Assembly: GCA_963514005.1 (NCBI GenBank) | Contig: OY740783.1 | Coordinates: 46,376,001-46,440,000 of the forward strand | DNA from: Raja brachyura | Taxonomy: Eukaryota | Direction of reading: 5' to 3' | DNA length: 64,000 nucleotides | Shown: positions 10,906-22,501 of the stretch, piece by piece | Layout of the letters: each line of letters starts with the position of its first letter | Numbering within the stretch: the stretch's first letter is position 1 | The notes under the pieces: model-generated | Seen by the model: only the letters and a program-made list of their open reading frames with translations | Told to the model about the DNA's origin: nothing | Database searches by the model: none | Made by a program: the position numbers and the translations under genes

Positions 10906-12915
10906 CCCCCCCATATGGCCCTTCGAGGGGATCATAGCTGATCATCTCCAATCAGTACCCCGTTCCTGCCTTCTCCCCATATCCCCTGACTCTGCTGTCT
11001 TTAAGAGCCCTATCTAGCTCTCTTGAAAGTATCCAGAGAACCGGCCTCCACGGCAGAGAATTGCACAGACTCACAACTCTCCGTGTGAAAAAGTGTTTCC
11101 TCATCTCCGTTCTAAATGATTTACCCCTCATTCTTAAACTGTGGCCCCTGGTTCTGGACTCCCCCAACATGGGGAATATGTTTCCTGCTTCTAGCGTGTC
11201 CAAATCATTAATAATCTTATATGTTTCAATAGGATCCCCTCTCATCCTTCTAAACTCCAGAGTATACAAGCCCAGCCGCTCCATTCTCTCAGCATATGAC
11301 AGTCCCGCCATCCTGGGAATTAACTTTGCACTCCCTCAATAGCAAGAATGTCCTTTCTGAAATTAGGGGACCAAAACTGCACACAATACTCCAGGTGTGA
11401 TCTCACTAGTGCCCTATACAATTGCAGAAGGACCTCTTTGCTCCTATACACAACTCCTCTTGTTATGAAGGCCAACATGTCATGTGCTTTCTTCACTGCT
11501 TGTTGTACCTGCATGCTTACTCTCATTGACTGATGAACAAGGACTCCCAGAGGCCGCTGTACTTCTAATTTTCCCGACTTGACACCATTTAGATAATAAT
11601 ATGCCTACCTGTTTTTGTTAACAAAGTGGACAACCTCACATTTATCCACATTAAACTGCATCTGCCCACTCACCCAACCTGTCCAAGTCACCCTGCATAC
11701 TCATAGCACCTTCCTCACAGTTCACACTGCCACCCAGCTTTGTGTCATCCGCAAATTTGCTAATGTTACTTTGAATCGCTTCATCTAAATCATTGATGTA
11801 TATTGTAAACCGCTGCGGTCCCAGCACCGAGCCTTGCGGTACCCCACTAGTCACTGCCTGTCATTCTGAAACTGACCTGTTAATCCCTACACTATGTCTG
11901 CTAACCAATTTTCTATCCATGTCAGCACTCTACCCACAATACCATGTGCCCTAATTTTGCACACTAATCTCCTATGTGGGACCTTTTTAAATGCTTTCTG
12001 AAGGTCCAGGTACACTACATGCACTGGCTCTTCCTTGTCCATTTTCCCAGTTATATCCTCAAAAAATTCCAGAAGATTAATCAAGCATGATTTCCCCTTC
12101 GTAAATCCATGCTGACTCGGACCGATCCTGTTACTGCTATCCAAATGTGCCGTTATTTCATCTATTATGATTGATTCCAGCATCTTCCCCACCACCGATG
12201 TCAGGCTAACTGGTCTATAATTCCCTGTTTTCTCTCTCCCGCCTTTCTTAAAAAGTGGGATAACATTAGTTACCCTCCAATCCACAGGAACTGATCCTGA
12301 ATCTATGGAACACTGGAAGATTATCATCAATGCATCCATGATTTCTAGAGCCACTTCATTATGTACCCTGGAATGCAGACCATCGGGCATTGGGGATTTA
12401 TCAGCCTTCAGTCCCATCAGTCTACCCAACACCATTTCCTGCCTAATATGGATTTCCTTCAGTTCCTCCGTCACCCTAGATCCACTGGCCACTAGTATAT
12501 CAGGAAGATTGTGTGTGTCCTCTTTAGTGAAGACTGTTCCAAAGTACCTGCACAACTCATCTGCCATTTCCTTGTTCCCCATAATAAATTCTCCTCTTTC
12601 GGTCTTCAAGGGTCCAACTTACAATTTTTTTCCTGTTCACATACCTAAAGAAGCTTTTACTATCCTCCTTTGTATTCTTGGCTAGCTTACCTTCATACCT
12701 CATCTTTTCTCCCCATATTGCCTTTTTAGTTATCTTCTGTTGCTCTTTAAACATTACCCAATCCTCTTGCTTCCCGCTCATCTTTGCTACGTTGTACTTC
12801 TTCTCTTTTATTTTTATACTGTTCCTGACGTCCTTTGTCAGCCACTGTCACCCCTTACTCCCCTTGGAATCTCTCTTCCTCTTTAGAATGAACTGATCCT
12901 GCACCTTCTGTATTT
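10906..12915 (-). mobile_element. CR1 (HER1-type) LINE, 5'-truncated, frameshifted ORF2
   Basis: Consecutive minus ORFs: KSPx[71 protein letters not shown] stub of a Harbinger-MITE end (10872-10905) abuts its tail. Confidence 0.95.
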
Positions 12916-14049
12916 GTTCCACAGTGATACAACGTTAAACCAATGTTACAAATGTTAAAACATGGGAGTAAATCAGTCTTTCCAATGGAAACATTGGATC
13001 CAGTGAATCATAGCAGGCAAGGCCAAAATTATTCCTTGTATGTCCAGTTTACCTCCAGTTTCATCACCTAATCTCATCAATTTTAAATCATGTCTTAAAA
13101 CGACTTTGAGCTGTCCAAGAATAATTGAGGCAACCATTCACTCAATTTCTCCTGGAGACAGTAACTCATGTTGCAATCCACCCTGCAGGTGCCAGCAAAT
13201 TTAGCAGTCCCTTGCATCTGAACAAATTATTGAAAAATTGATACCATAACCTTTACCAACCATTGCATAGTAATCAGGTGTAAGAAGGTAGACTACTTTT
13301 TTTACTTCTCTAAACCAGAGGTATTGAGCTCAGTTGCAGCATCCCCATTGTGTTCTCGGCCAAGTTCAGTTAATTTAAGAGAAGTCAGTTTGAACCACAC
13401 AGCTTATAAACAGCGCAACACATCATTTGTGACAGCGCTGTTTGGTGGAGGGGTAGACCTCACGGCCCCGACAATAGCACATTGAACTGGCTACAGCACC
13501 TGGAGGGCTTTACATAACCTCTGCTGCCTCAAACGCAAGAAGAGGAAGAAGCTGACAACCACACTCTGGTGTTTGCCACTGTACTACCACAGAATAATTC
13601 TTCAATAAAAGCTAATAAAGCTAATGATGAATGAGACGTAATTCATGTTGTGACGAGATAAAGGTTATTTCTAATCAAATGCGTAAAATACTACAATACA
13701 TATTTATTACTGACTATTCCCTAAATTTCATCTAACATAAATAACAGTGTGAATTTGATTATTTACTGGAGGCTATTATCATGCTATATATTGACCTTGT
13801 GAATATTAGTTCACCTACTAATACCATTTCCTAATTTTGGAATCAAGAAATGCTGGCAAATATGAATCGTGGACCAAACAAATCCGTTGTGAACATAGGC
13901 ATTACTCAATTATTTTATTTTGAAGTCACGTGAGTGACTACTGGAAGAGCGCGCCAGCCCGCACGCGCGTCGACAACTGCTCTGACAGGTAAGTAATTTT
14001 ACTTTCAGCGGGCCGCTGCAACAGCAGGCCCGGAGAAGCTGATGGAGGT

Positions 14050-14265
14050 GGCCGGTCTTGGGCCATCGTGGAGGCTCCATTAGGAGCGCGGTTTCGTTTG
14101 TGGCTGCCAGCATTGGAGCTCCAAGCGGGAGCAGGCGGTCAGATTTTAGCCGCCGTGGTAGCTCCATAGGAGTTCGGGTTCAATATTGCGGCTGCCAGCT
14201 TGGAGCTCCAAATGGGAGCAAGTGGCCGGATTTGAGGCCACCGTGGAAGCTCCATTAGGAGTTGG
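14050..14265 (+). repeat. About 78-bp GC-rich tandem repeat (about 2.5 copies) within the degenerate DIRS
   Basis: Recurrent CCGTGG.AGCTCCAT(T)AGGAG ... GGCTGCCAGC(A)TTGGAGCTCCAA..GGGAGCA. Confidence 0.75.
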
Positions 14266-15489
14266 GGCTGCCGGCGTGGTTAGGCGAGCTCGCTAATAAG
14301 ATTAGCAGCAGACGGTAGTTAAATCAACCGTGGCTAGCGTTTCGATCGCTGCTAAAGATAACAGCAGCCGGTGCTTTGGAAATTAGCCGTGGCCAGGGCA
14401 GCAACCGCTAGATAAGCTATGGTAAGCGACCGCTATGTTTTTTTTTAACATAGATGCTGCTGAGACAGCATACGCTGTAGACTATATAGTCTGTGCTCTA
14501 TTTATAGGGGCATTTCTATATTCTGCAGATAGTTCTTTAATTGAAGTCAAATCTGTAGAACTGATTAAGGCAGTTATAAATAGAGCTGGCAGTTTTTAAT
14601 AGCAGTTGCTGTTTGGTCACTTTTGTGACTATCGCAGCAGATAGGACATTTATTATCATACACCATATGGTGTAGTAAAATTTGACTTGCCGTTTCGGCA
14701 CAGTATGGGGTTCCACTGGAGCGGGCGGCTGTTCGGAGGAACTCCTTGGATGCTCCAGAAAGGAGCTCCTGGCTTGGGAAGCCTTTTTTCAGCTGTGTCT
14801 ATCAGACACCTGTGGAGCAATACCTGGTGCAGGGTTGTGTCATAATAATTTCCACTCAGTAGAGGGGACTGTTGGAGATCTTTCATAAGAAACCCCAACC
14901 ATGTGGATATCGTCAAAGCAGTCGAATCTTTGATCCAATGGGACTATGCTTCTGTTTAATCATATGAACAAACTATGTTCCATATACCGGAGGCAGTACA
15001 GACAGCTCCAATAATTTGCCGTGACAACACCTGGCAGGGTTACAGAATTTTTCTTCCACTCTGTCTAGCGGACTATCGGGAAGAGGTGACTCCAATTATA
15101 ATGCTGGCTCATCCGAGTCATATAGGGGCCAGGGGCCTCAGGAAACAACACCTGCTGCAGGGTTGCGCTCTATTTCCTCCCTGAAATACTCTGTTGAGGC
15201 TCCAGAAGGGAGCACGGACTCAGAGTCACTAGCAGGTGCAACCTGTCTGGTAAGTATAATAAATAATGATGATTTATACCGACAGAGCGCCGATCTGCAC
15301 AGCTAGTCCCGATTCGGGTCCTAGAGGGAGCAGCTGGGCAACCCGAGTCGGGGCAAAGTCAAAGCCAAGTCTGTGGGACAAGTCCTGTCGGACGATTTGG
15401 ATCAAGGGTATTCTGTCCCTACATCTATGGAAGATGTGATGGCCGTTGTCTCACTTGGAACATCTGATGAATCATATGGTGGCACAAAA

Positions 15490-15785
15490 AATGCTCCGTG
15501 TTAAGGAGGCATGTACAGGCAGCAGCTCCTGGTTCAGGGTTGCAATATTCCTCCCACTCGGATGAAAGGAGTGTTGGAGATGGTGCCAAATAATATGCAC
15601 ATATGCCTGAGGCAGCTCCTGGTTCAGGGTTACACTATTCCTCCCACTCGGATGAAAGGAGTGTTGGAGATGGTGCCAAATAATATGCTCTGTGTTACGG
15701 AGGCATGCACAGGCAGTTCAAGCCATATGCCTGTAGCAACTCCTGGTTCAGGGTTGCACTATTCCTCCCTCTTGAAGGGAATGTT
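15490..15785 (+). repeat. About 90-125-bp direct repeats within the degenerate DIRS
   Basis: GCAGCTCCTGGTTCAGGGTTRCA.TATTCCTCCCACTCGGATGAAAGGAGTGTTGGAGATGGTGCCAAATAATATGC at 15522 and 15612, with a diverged third copy at 15736. Confidence 0.85.
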
Positions 15786-18700
15786 CAGAGTCCAGTATGG
15801 AGATGACACCTAACATGATTCCGAACATGACTTGTGCCTGCATCCCATGCTTTAATGCTTGATGTACGACAGTCGCATAGGAAGAGCTGCCTGCTCTTGC
15901 CTCTAAATTTGCTGTTCCCTCGGGGACGGGCAAGCCACTACAAGAGGAGTAAGCCAGCGGCATCAACTATCTAACATCACACCAGCTGAAGAATTGGCAA
16001 GCATGGCAGACAGGGTCTGCAAATGGAACTTCGCTGTAGCTCCAACAAGCAAATCGACCCGGGTTCAGAGACGCTGGCAGGTAAGGTCTCTTTTACCTCC
16101 ATAAAACTCCAAAATGGAGCAGTCTGTCGGCCCAGGTTTGGGTTTACTGGCAGCATGGGCTGTCTAGTATTTTTTCACTGTCTCTGGGATAGATCAGGTT
16201 GATGCAGAGACTTGCAGGGTGCCTTGCATAGTAACTTCTGAAAGAACAGCTTGGTTACTCTGGTTCAGGGTAGCCCATCATGGAACTGGCTGGCTATGTG
16301 GGTCATATTGGCCAGCGAAGCACTGCCTCATCATCTGTGATCGATGTTATCAGGCTGCTCAGTAGAATGAAGTAGTTGGAGTCTTCCTCAACACATGTTT
16401 GAATTTCTGCTCAGTTAGCAGAGTTGCCGGTTCATTGGAATCATTTTTGCCATCCTCTCTGGGATAGGTAGCTACCAGCAGGAAGTTGGTCAAGCATATA
16501 ATATTTGTATCCGACCTGCAGGTTCATGTTGTGAATCAACAATGTATTTATAATAATCCGTAGGCTCTCAATACCAGTATTCCTGATTGAGTGGCGTGTC
16601 AAGGAGATTGGGTTGTGCACTCTGGCGACTCAGGCAAGTAGTTTTAGTCAGAGGACTGCGTAGCAATTCCTGATTCAGGTTTGCATTATGCTAAATTCCA
16701 CTCTGAGGTAAAACGTTGAGAATTCATGGTGACTCTTATAGTCAAGAGTTGACAGGGTACTTGTATTCCCACATCATGGGGAGACTGTGTTCCAGTTCTA
16801 GTCATGAGGTTCTGATTATATGTTATCAGCGAAATGTATCAATAATTAGATAAATGCATCTTCCGTGGCAAGAGAAGCCAGAATATTTTCCGTCCGTATG
16901 GTCAATAGACGAACAGTGGTTCCGAGGGGAATCAGTGACATCTCACCGGAGACATCTCACCAGAGGGTGAGTGGTCTGGCCAAGAACTGGAGGGGTATAT
17001 TTCTGATACTTCTCAAGATTACAGAAACATGGAGCATGCCGAATCAGGTTAGCATTTGGCTAATCTGATCATGTGTTTAGTTACCTAGTTTAAATGGATG
17101 ATTAGGTTTCTGCTATTTAACTGATTCAGAGAATCGATCTTGAAGATGCATATTTTCCCATGTCTATACATATGAGCCAAAGATTATCTGAGGTTTGATA
17201 ACAAAGCCAGTGGTGGAAGCCAGTGCTGCACTACTCAGACCTAAGGGCATTGTGGCATCGAATTTTAGATAATATGCAAAATTTTGCAGCTGATAAAACT
17301 TGATGGTTATCAGTAGATACCTCTTGCGATATTAAGTATGAGGCAACATGAAAATTAATAGTGCTAATTTTGCCTATTAATTCAGGAGTGACGGCTGGGG
17401 CAGCCTGTCTTCTCGGGCAGCTAGCTCTGCACAATTGTATGGGAAATTTGTCAACAGATATTTGAGTTATTTTTTAAACGGAAGTAACAGAGGTTTGTGT
17501 GGCTTTCAGTTTAAGCCCAGAGAAGCGTTTATGTGATAGCACAATTGACATTGCTTGTGCTGCTTTGTCGTTCTCTGTAGTAACCTTGAGTGGGACAATA
17601 AATGATTAGTTATTCACCTGCTTTCACTAACGTTATGCAGGGTGTCTTTTATATGACTTTAATAGCCTACACTCATTGTAGTGTGTGATGTATATCAATA
17701 AATTATTTTGCAAATAAGCTTCTATGGGAACAGTATTTTTAAGATGATTATGTTTTCAGTGGTTCCATCAATGCTGGTTCAGTTGTTGCAAGAATTATTT
17801 TCGACATACCCGGTCTGGGGTTCTGAATTCCTATGTTTCTATGAAATGTTTTGTCACTAATCCACTCCAGGTTCAACAAAAGCTTCTACTGATTCTTGAC
17901 ATGCAGTTGCAAACTCATTTCCCCTGGAAGTCAAAAGCAGCATGAGAATCTACTCAATATGTATAGTTGACCTTGGACCTTGCTCCAAGGTCCCAGTAGC
18001 TGGTAACCACCATTATTTGGGAAAAGTTTCCATGAAGCTTCTTGTTTCCGGATTAGTTAACATTCAGTATTATCTTGATTCAAAATAATAACTGTTAATG
18101 TTAGTTGGTTGGTTCAAAAATGCAGGTGTCAAGATGATACATTATTGTAATTAACAACTTACGTGTCACTGCATTCCATCTGGAAGAAAAAGTGATGTAA
18201 TTTAATATAATGTCTCCAGATATATCTTTAATATATTGTAGGCAAGCTACTGCCACTGACTAACATCGGGCATGCTTGAGTGGATATATAATTGCAGTCT
18301 TATGCCCCGCCATAATTAAATTCAATTTGTGCTACAGATGATTTCTGAAAACAGGATTAATTGAAGCATTATGGATTAGTGCCTGACACATTGTTAAAAT
18401 ACTTTCTCCAGCATCAAAGTTAAATGTTACAAGATACTCCAGTTATTTCACATACAAATAAATTGCTGGTTAATGTTTCTCTGCATTTGTTCTCAGAATT
18501 AAATTTTTTGTCTTGGAAATAAATAGTTTTTTAGAAACTGATGGTTACAAATTGATTTCAAGATTGTAACAATGCTCAATATTTAAAAGGAATAAAAGAG
18601 GTTGTGTTGATAAAGGCACGTATGGCTACAGAGATTACAAGGTCCCAGTTCAATTACCAGCCCATGTTGAACTCAATCAGAACTATATTGGAATCTTGCA

Positions 18701-18968
18701 GCTCAAAAGGAGGTCACTTGCTACACTGTGTCTGTGTTAATTCTATGAAAGAGCTACCCACTTTCTAAATCCCCTGCCCTTGCCACAACCCATTAATTTG
18801 ATTTAACTCTGCAGTCGTGATTGTTTCTGCAAGGACATTGCGGTCCTTTGTGCTATGAAGGCTTCACTCTTCACTAATCATTCCAAATTCAACAGGTAGC
18901 ATCAGACACCACGACTGGGTGGATACCATAACACGTCAGGCATTTGAACCCACCAACATGTACGTGTC

Positions 18969-19209
18969 CAAGATAGACACAAAATGCTGGAGTAACTCAG
19001 CAACATCTCTGGAGAAAAGGAATAGGTAACATTTCAGGTCAAGACTTCTTCAGACTGTCTGAACCCAAACATCACCCATTCCTTTTCTCCAGAGATGCTG
19101 CCTGACCCGCTGAGTTACTCCAGCATTTTTTGTCAATCTTCCTGACAGTTATATGCTGCAACACCAGCATATCTTTGGTGTAGACCAACATCTGCAGTTC
19201 CTTCCCACA
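18969..19209. mobile_element. Penelope-type short palindromic retro-insertion with a 15-bp TSD
   Basis: Inverted arms (GACACAAAATGCTGGAGTAACTCAGC / GCTGAGTTACTCCAGCATTTTTTGTC). TSD CAACATGTACGTGTC at 18954-18968 and 19210-19224. Confidence 0.75.
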
Positions 19210-19799
19210 CAACATGTACGTGTCGGCAGCAAAGAAAAATGACCAATGATATTGTCAGAACAACGGAATACATTTGATAGAATACAAGATACAGAACCCT
19301 CATGGGAGCAACTGTAAACAACAAATGGTTCAGCATTAAAATATTTAGAATAACTCATCCATTTAAGCAAATTAAAAACTCACAAATGTTTAACCAAAGA
19401 CAACCATTTAACGCAATGATAAAAAAAAATTCAGCTTCGGTCAAGCTTTAAACGTTTATAAAAGTATACTATTTATTTTGACTGGTCTATTTGGTTTATG
19501 AGAATTGGCTGGAATATCTACTTTGAAAATAATTCAACCACTCTGGATTCGAGTAATCTTTGTTAAAATACTTTTCTGGAAGGTTCATTCAAATCATAAC
19601 ATTGCACCATCACGGAGGTTTTGAATTCTGTTCCATTTCTATTGTAGTTTGCACACTTAACTAATTATCTTTATTTGTGAAGAGTTGCCAAATTCACCAT
19701 GTCATTCCCAATTGGAAGGTTCTATGGACAGAATTATAGTGACAGCATACAGGGTAAAACCAACAATTCCCCAGCCAGTGCATGTGAGATACTGGCTAA

Positions 19800-20185
19800 G
19801 AATTTATCGCAGTCACTGCCTCAAAAAGGCTGGCAGCATCATCAAGGACCCACACCACCCTGGCCACACACTCATCTCCCTGCTACGTTCAGGTAGAAGG
19901 TACAGGAGCCTGAAGACTGCAACGACCAGGTTCAAGAATAGCTACTTCCCCACACCCATCAGGCTATTAAACCTGGCTCGGACAAAACTCTGATAATTAA
20001 TAACCAATTATCTGTTATTTTCACTTTATCAGTTTATTTATTCATGTGTCTATGTATTTATATGATATATGGACACACTGATCTGTTTTGTAGTAAATGC
20101 CTACTATGTTCTATGTGATGAAGCAAAGCAAGAATTTCATTGTCCTATCAGGGACACATGACAATAAACTCACTTGAACTTGAAT
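19800..20185 (+). mobile_element. Rex1/Babar- or L2-like LINE 3' end
   Basis: HCLKKAGSIIKDPHHPGHTLISLLRSGRRYRSLKTATTRFKNSYFPTPIRLLN, then 3'UTR ending ACAATAAACTCACTTGAACTTGAA. Confidence 0.85.
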
Positions 20186-20547
20186 AACATTACCTGCATA
20201 TTAGATCACATTGTGCTGATGTTGAAATTGGTCTTGGACTTTTATAATATCGGTCTCCAGGAAATGACAAAGAAGGTAGAATTTAAGATCAACAGACGCA
20301 ATAACAGGTATTGCATATCTTACACATCTAGTCTTTAAGAGTGTTTAATTGTCATATGTACCAACCACAGAACAATAAAATTCTTACTTGCAGCAGCAAA
20401 ACATAACATTAAAAATACATTTATAACCCGATTGCTTGTGCGCAAAAGCCTTGTCCTGCAACCTAAGACAGTTCGTAGTTCATAGTTTAGTTATTGTTGT
20501 GCAGTGTTCAAGACCCTTTTTATGGTTGGGAAGAAGTTATTCCTGAA

Positions 20548-20763
20548 AATAGACACAAATTGTAGGAATAACACAGATGGACAGGCAGCATCTCTGGATA
20601 GGATGAATGGGTGACGTTTCAGGTTGAGACATTCATAAGAAGGGTCTTGACCCGAAACTTCACCCATTCCTTCTATCCAGAGATGCTGCCTGGCCCGCTG
20701 AGTTATTCCAGCATTTTGCATCTATCTTCGGTGTGAAAAAAGCATCGCAGTTCCTTCCTACAC
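20548..20763. mobile_element. Penelope-type palindromic repeat nested in a minus-strand LINE tail (about 20335-20835)
   Basis: Inverted arms around AAGAAGGGTCTTGACCCGAAAC. Degenerate TSD AAGTTATTCCTGAA / GAGCTACTCCTGAA. Confidence 0.7.
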
Positions 20764-22501
20764 GAGCTACTCCTGAACCTGATTCCTATACTTCTTGCAG
20801 CTTCTTCGTGATGGTACGAGTGAAATGAGAGCGTGAATCAATACAATGATTGGTTTGTTTAATCTGGCTAAACCATACTTGTAACTATTTCCAGGTTAAA
20901 TTATATCAATTGAGAAATGTGCCTGGATATTTCAAATCATGAGAATGACTTAAGAATGACCAGCGTGATTTATATAGCAGATGATTTCATTCCTTTCGTT
21001 TGTATCATTGCAGGGGCACATGATCACATTGTGTAGGAACGCTGGTCATTAGGCATTCACCGGAAATGGTCTTACACACACATGTCACACGTGTAACTAA
21101 AATTCTCACCCACATCCTTTGACAACTCCCCATCATCCTCTAACCTCCTTCAAACCCCTTCTTGACACCTAAAAATGGTGTGGGAGTCCCTGGATCTCCA
21201 TACAAATGATTCCTAGCAGTTTCAGATCTTCATCTTTCCAGCCACCAATGCATAGGCCCCATTTCACCAACTGGCCCCATTCCCCCCCAAAATCGCGATC
21301 TCTACCTCCGCTATGTGCCAAAGCATGATCCACAACGCCTCGTTCTTCCTTCAAAATCATTATTATGTCTTCTCAACTTTCTCTCCAAAATATGATTGCT
21401 GCCTCCCCAATCCCTCTGCAAATCATCATCGGGCCTGCTTGATCCTCCCAAGAGAGATTGTGGCTCATTTCTCAAAACTTCAGGAGCGCAGCAGATTAGA
21501 CAGCATGTGGGGGAGGAATGGACAAACAACATTTCCCCAGATGCTAACTGATCTGTTGAGTTCCTCCAGCACTTTATGCTTTGTTCAAAATTCCAGCATC
21601 TGCAGTCTCTAGTGTCTCCAGGATCTCCATCCATCCACCCAATTGTTGGATTCCAATGTATTCCTTTGGGCAACCTTTGCCTTGCTCTGTTGTTTAGTGT
21701 TCAAGACCCTGATTGTGGTTGATTGTGATCTCCAAACCTATTCTTTGACTAGGAAGGTCAGCTGGGATGTTTCAAATCCAAAGGTATGCAATGCTCAGGT
21801 GATTGCGACTAAACCTCAGGTGAAATTGAATATTGATGGTGTGGAACAATCACTAAAACATCATAGTCCCACCATATCTGTACCATTACACCTACCCTTT
21901 GAGATGGATTTGATGCATTATTTGCAATGAATGCATTGCAAATGTGGCCTAGTGCAATTTTGCATGTGAGGCATGACAGATAATCAATCCTCAAAATTCT
22001 GCCACTTCTGCAGTCACTTTAACATTGCTAAAAATATTTGAAAGCCCTTTTCTCAATCCCCCACATTTATCTTAAAATTACAGTTGTGTTGATGTCTTAA
22101 TCTGAGCTATATATTCTTCCCTCCAAAATAAGCAGATTGTTTTAAGTTAAAAAATGCATTGCTAATGATCCAGAACAATTTAATATTACTTTAATGTCTA
22201 TAGAAATTAATTGGAACATACAAGGTGCTAGGTACCCACAGAAGACCTTTAAGAGTTAATTCTGTAGAATAATTAATTGGAGGGCACATTCTACTGGTAA
22301 CCAGAATATGAATGGGGTGGGGGTGGAACTATTGGCAGTTTGAGTTGGAGGATGAAAGAACCTAACAATTCCCTCTCAGCTCTGTAAAAGATCTGACAAG
22401 TTTCTGAGACCACATAATGACGTATAAAAAGGTTCTGGCATCACACTTACTTTTTATGCAGACTAACATTGGTCAGATAGGATTTCATTCACCTTCATTT
22501 T

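Larger units (their letters stand above)
13911..18200 (+). mobile_element. Degenerate or non-autonomous DIRS1-type element
   Basis: The 5' end TTTTATTTTGAAGTCACGTGAGTGACTAC.GGAAGA.CGCGCCAGC aligns with the 5' end of the intact DIRS (42744 downward). Relic peptides: IDLEDAYFP (about 17134, RT), LLRPKGI (about 17230), MVNRRTVV and QVSIWL (RNaseH-like), AGV (about 18122, YR-like). The right end is not defined. Confidence 0.65.

Noticed and set aside
14817-16710. CRISPR-like repeat-spacer array
   Set aside because: Repeats are degenerate, spacing is irregular (about 90-520 bp), the context is eukaryotic and there are no cas genes. Better explained as DIRS-derived.
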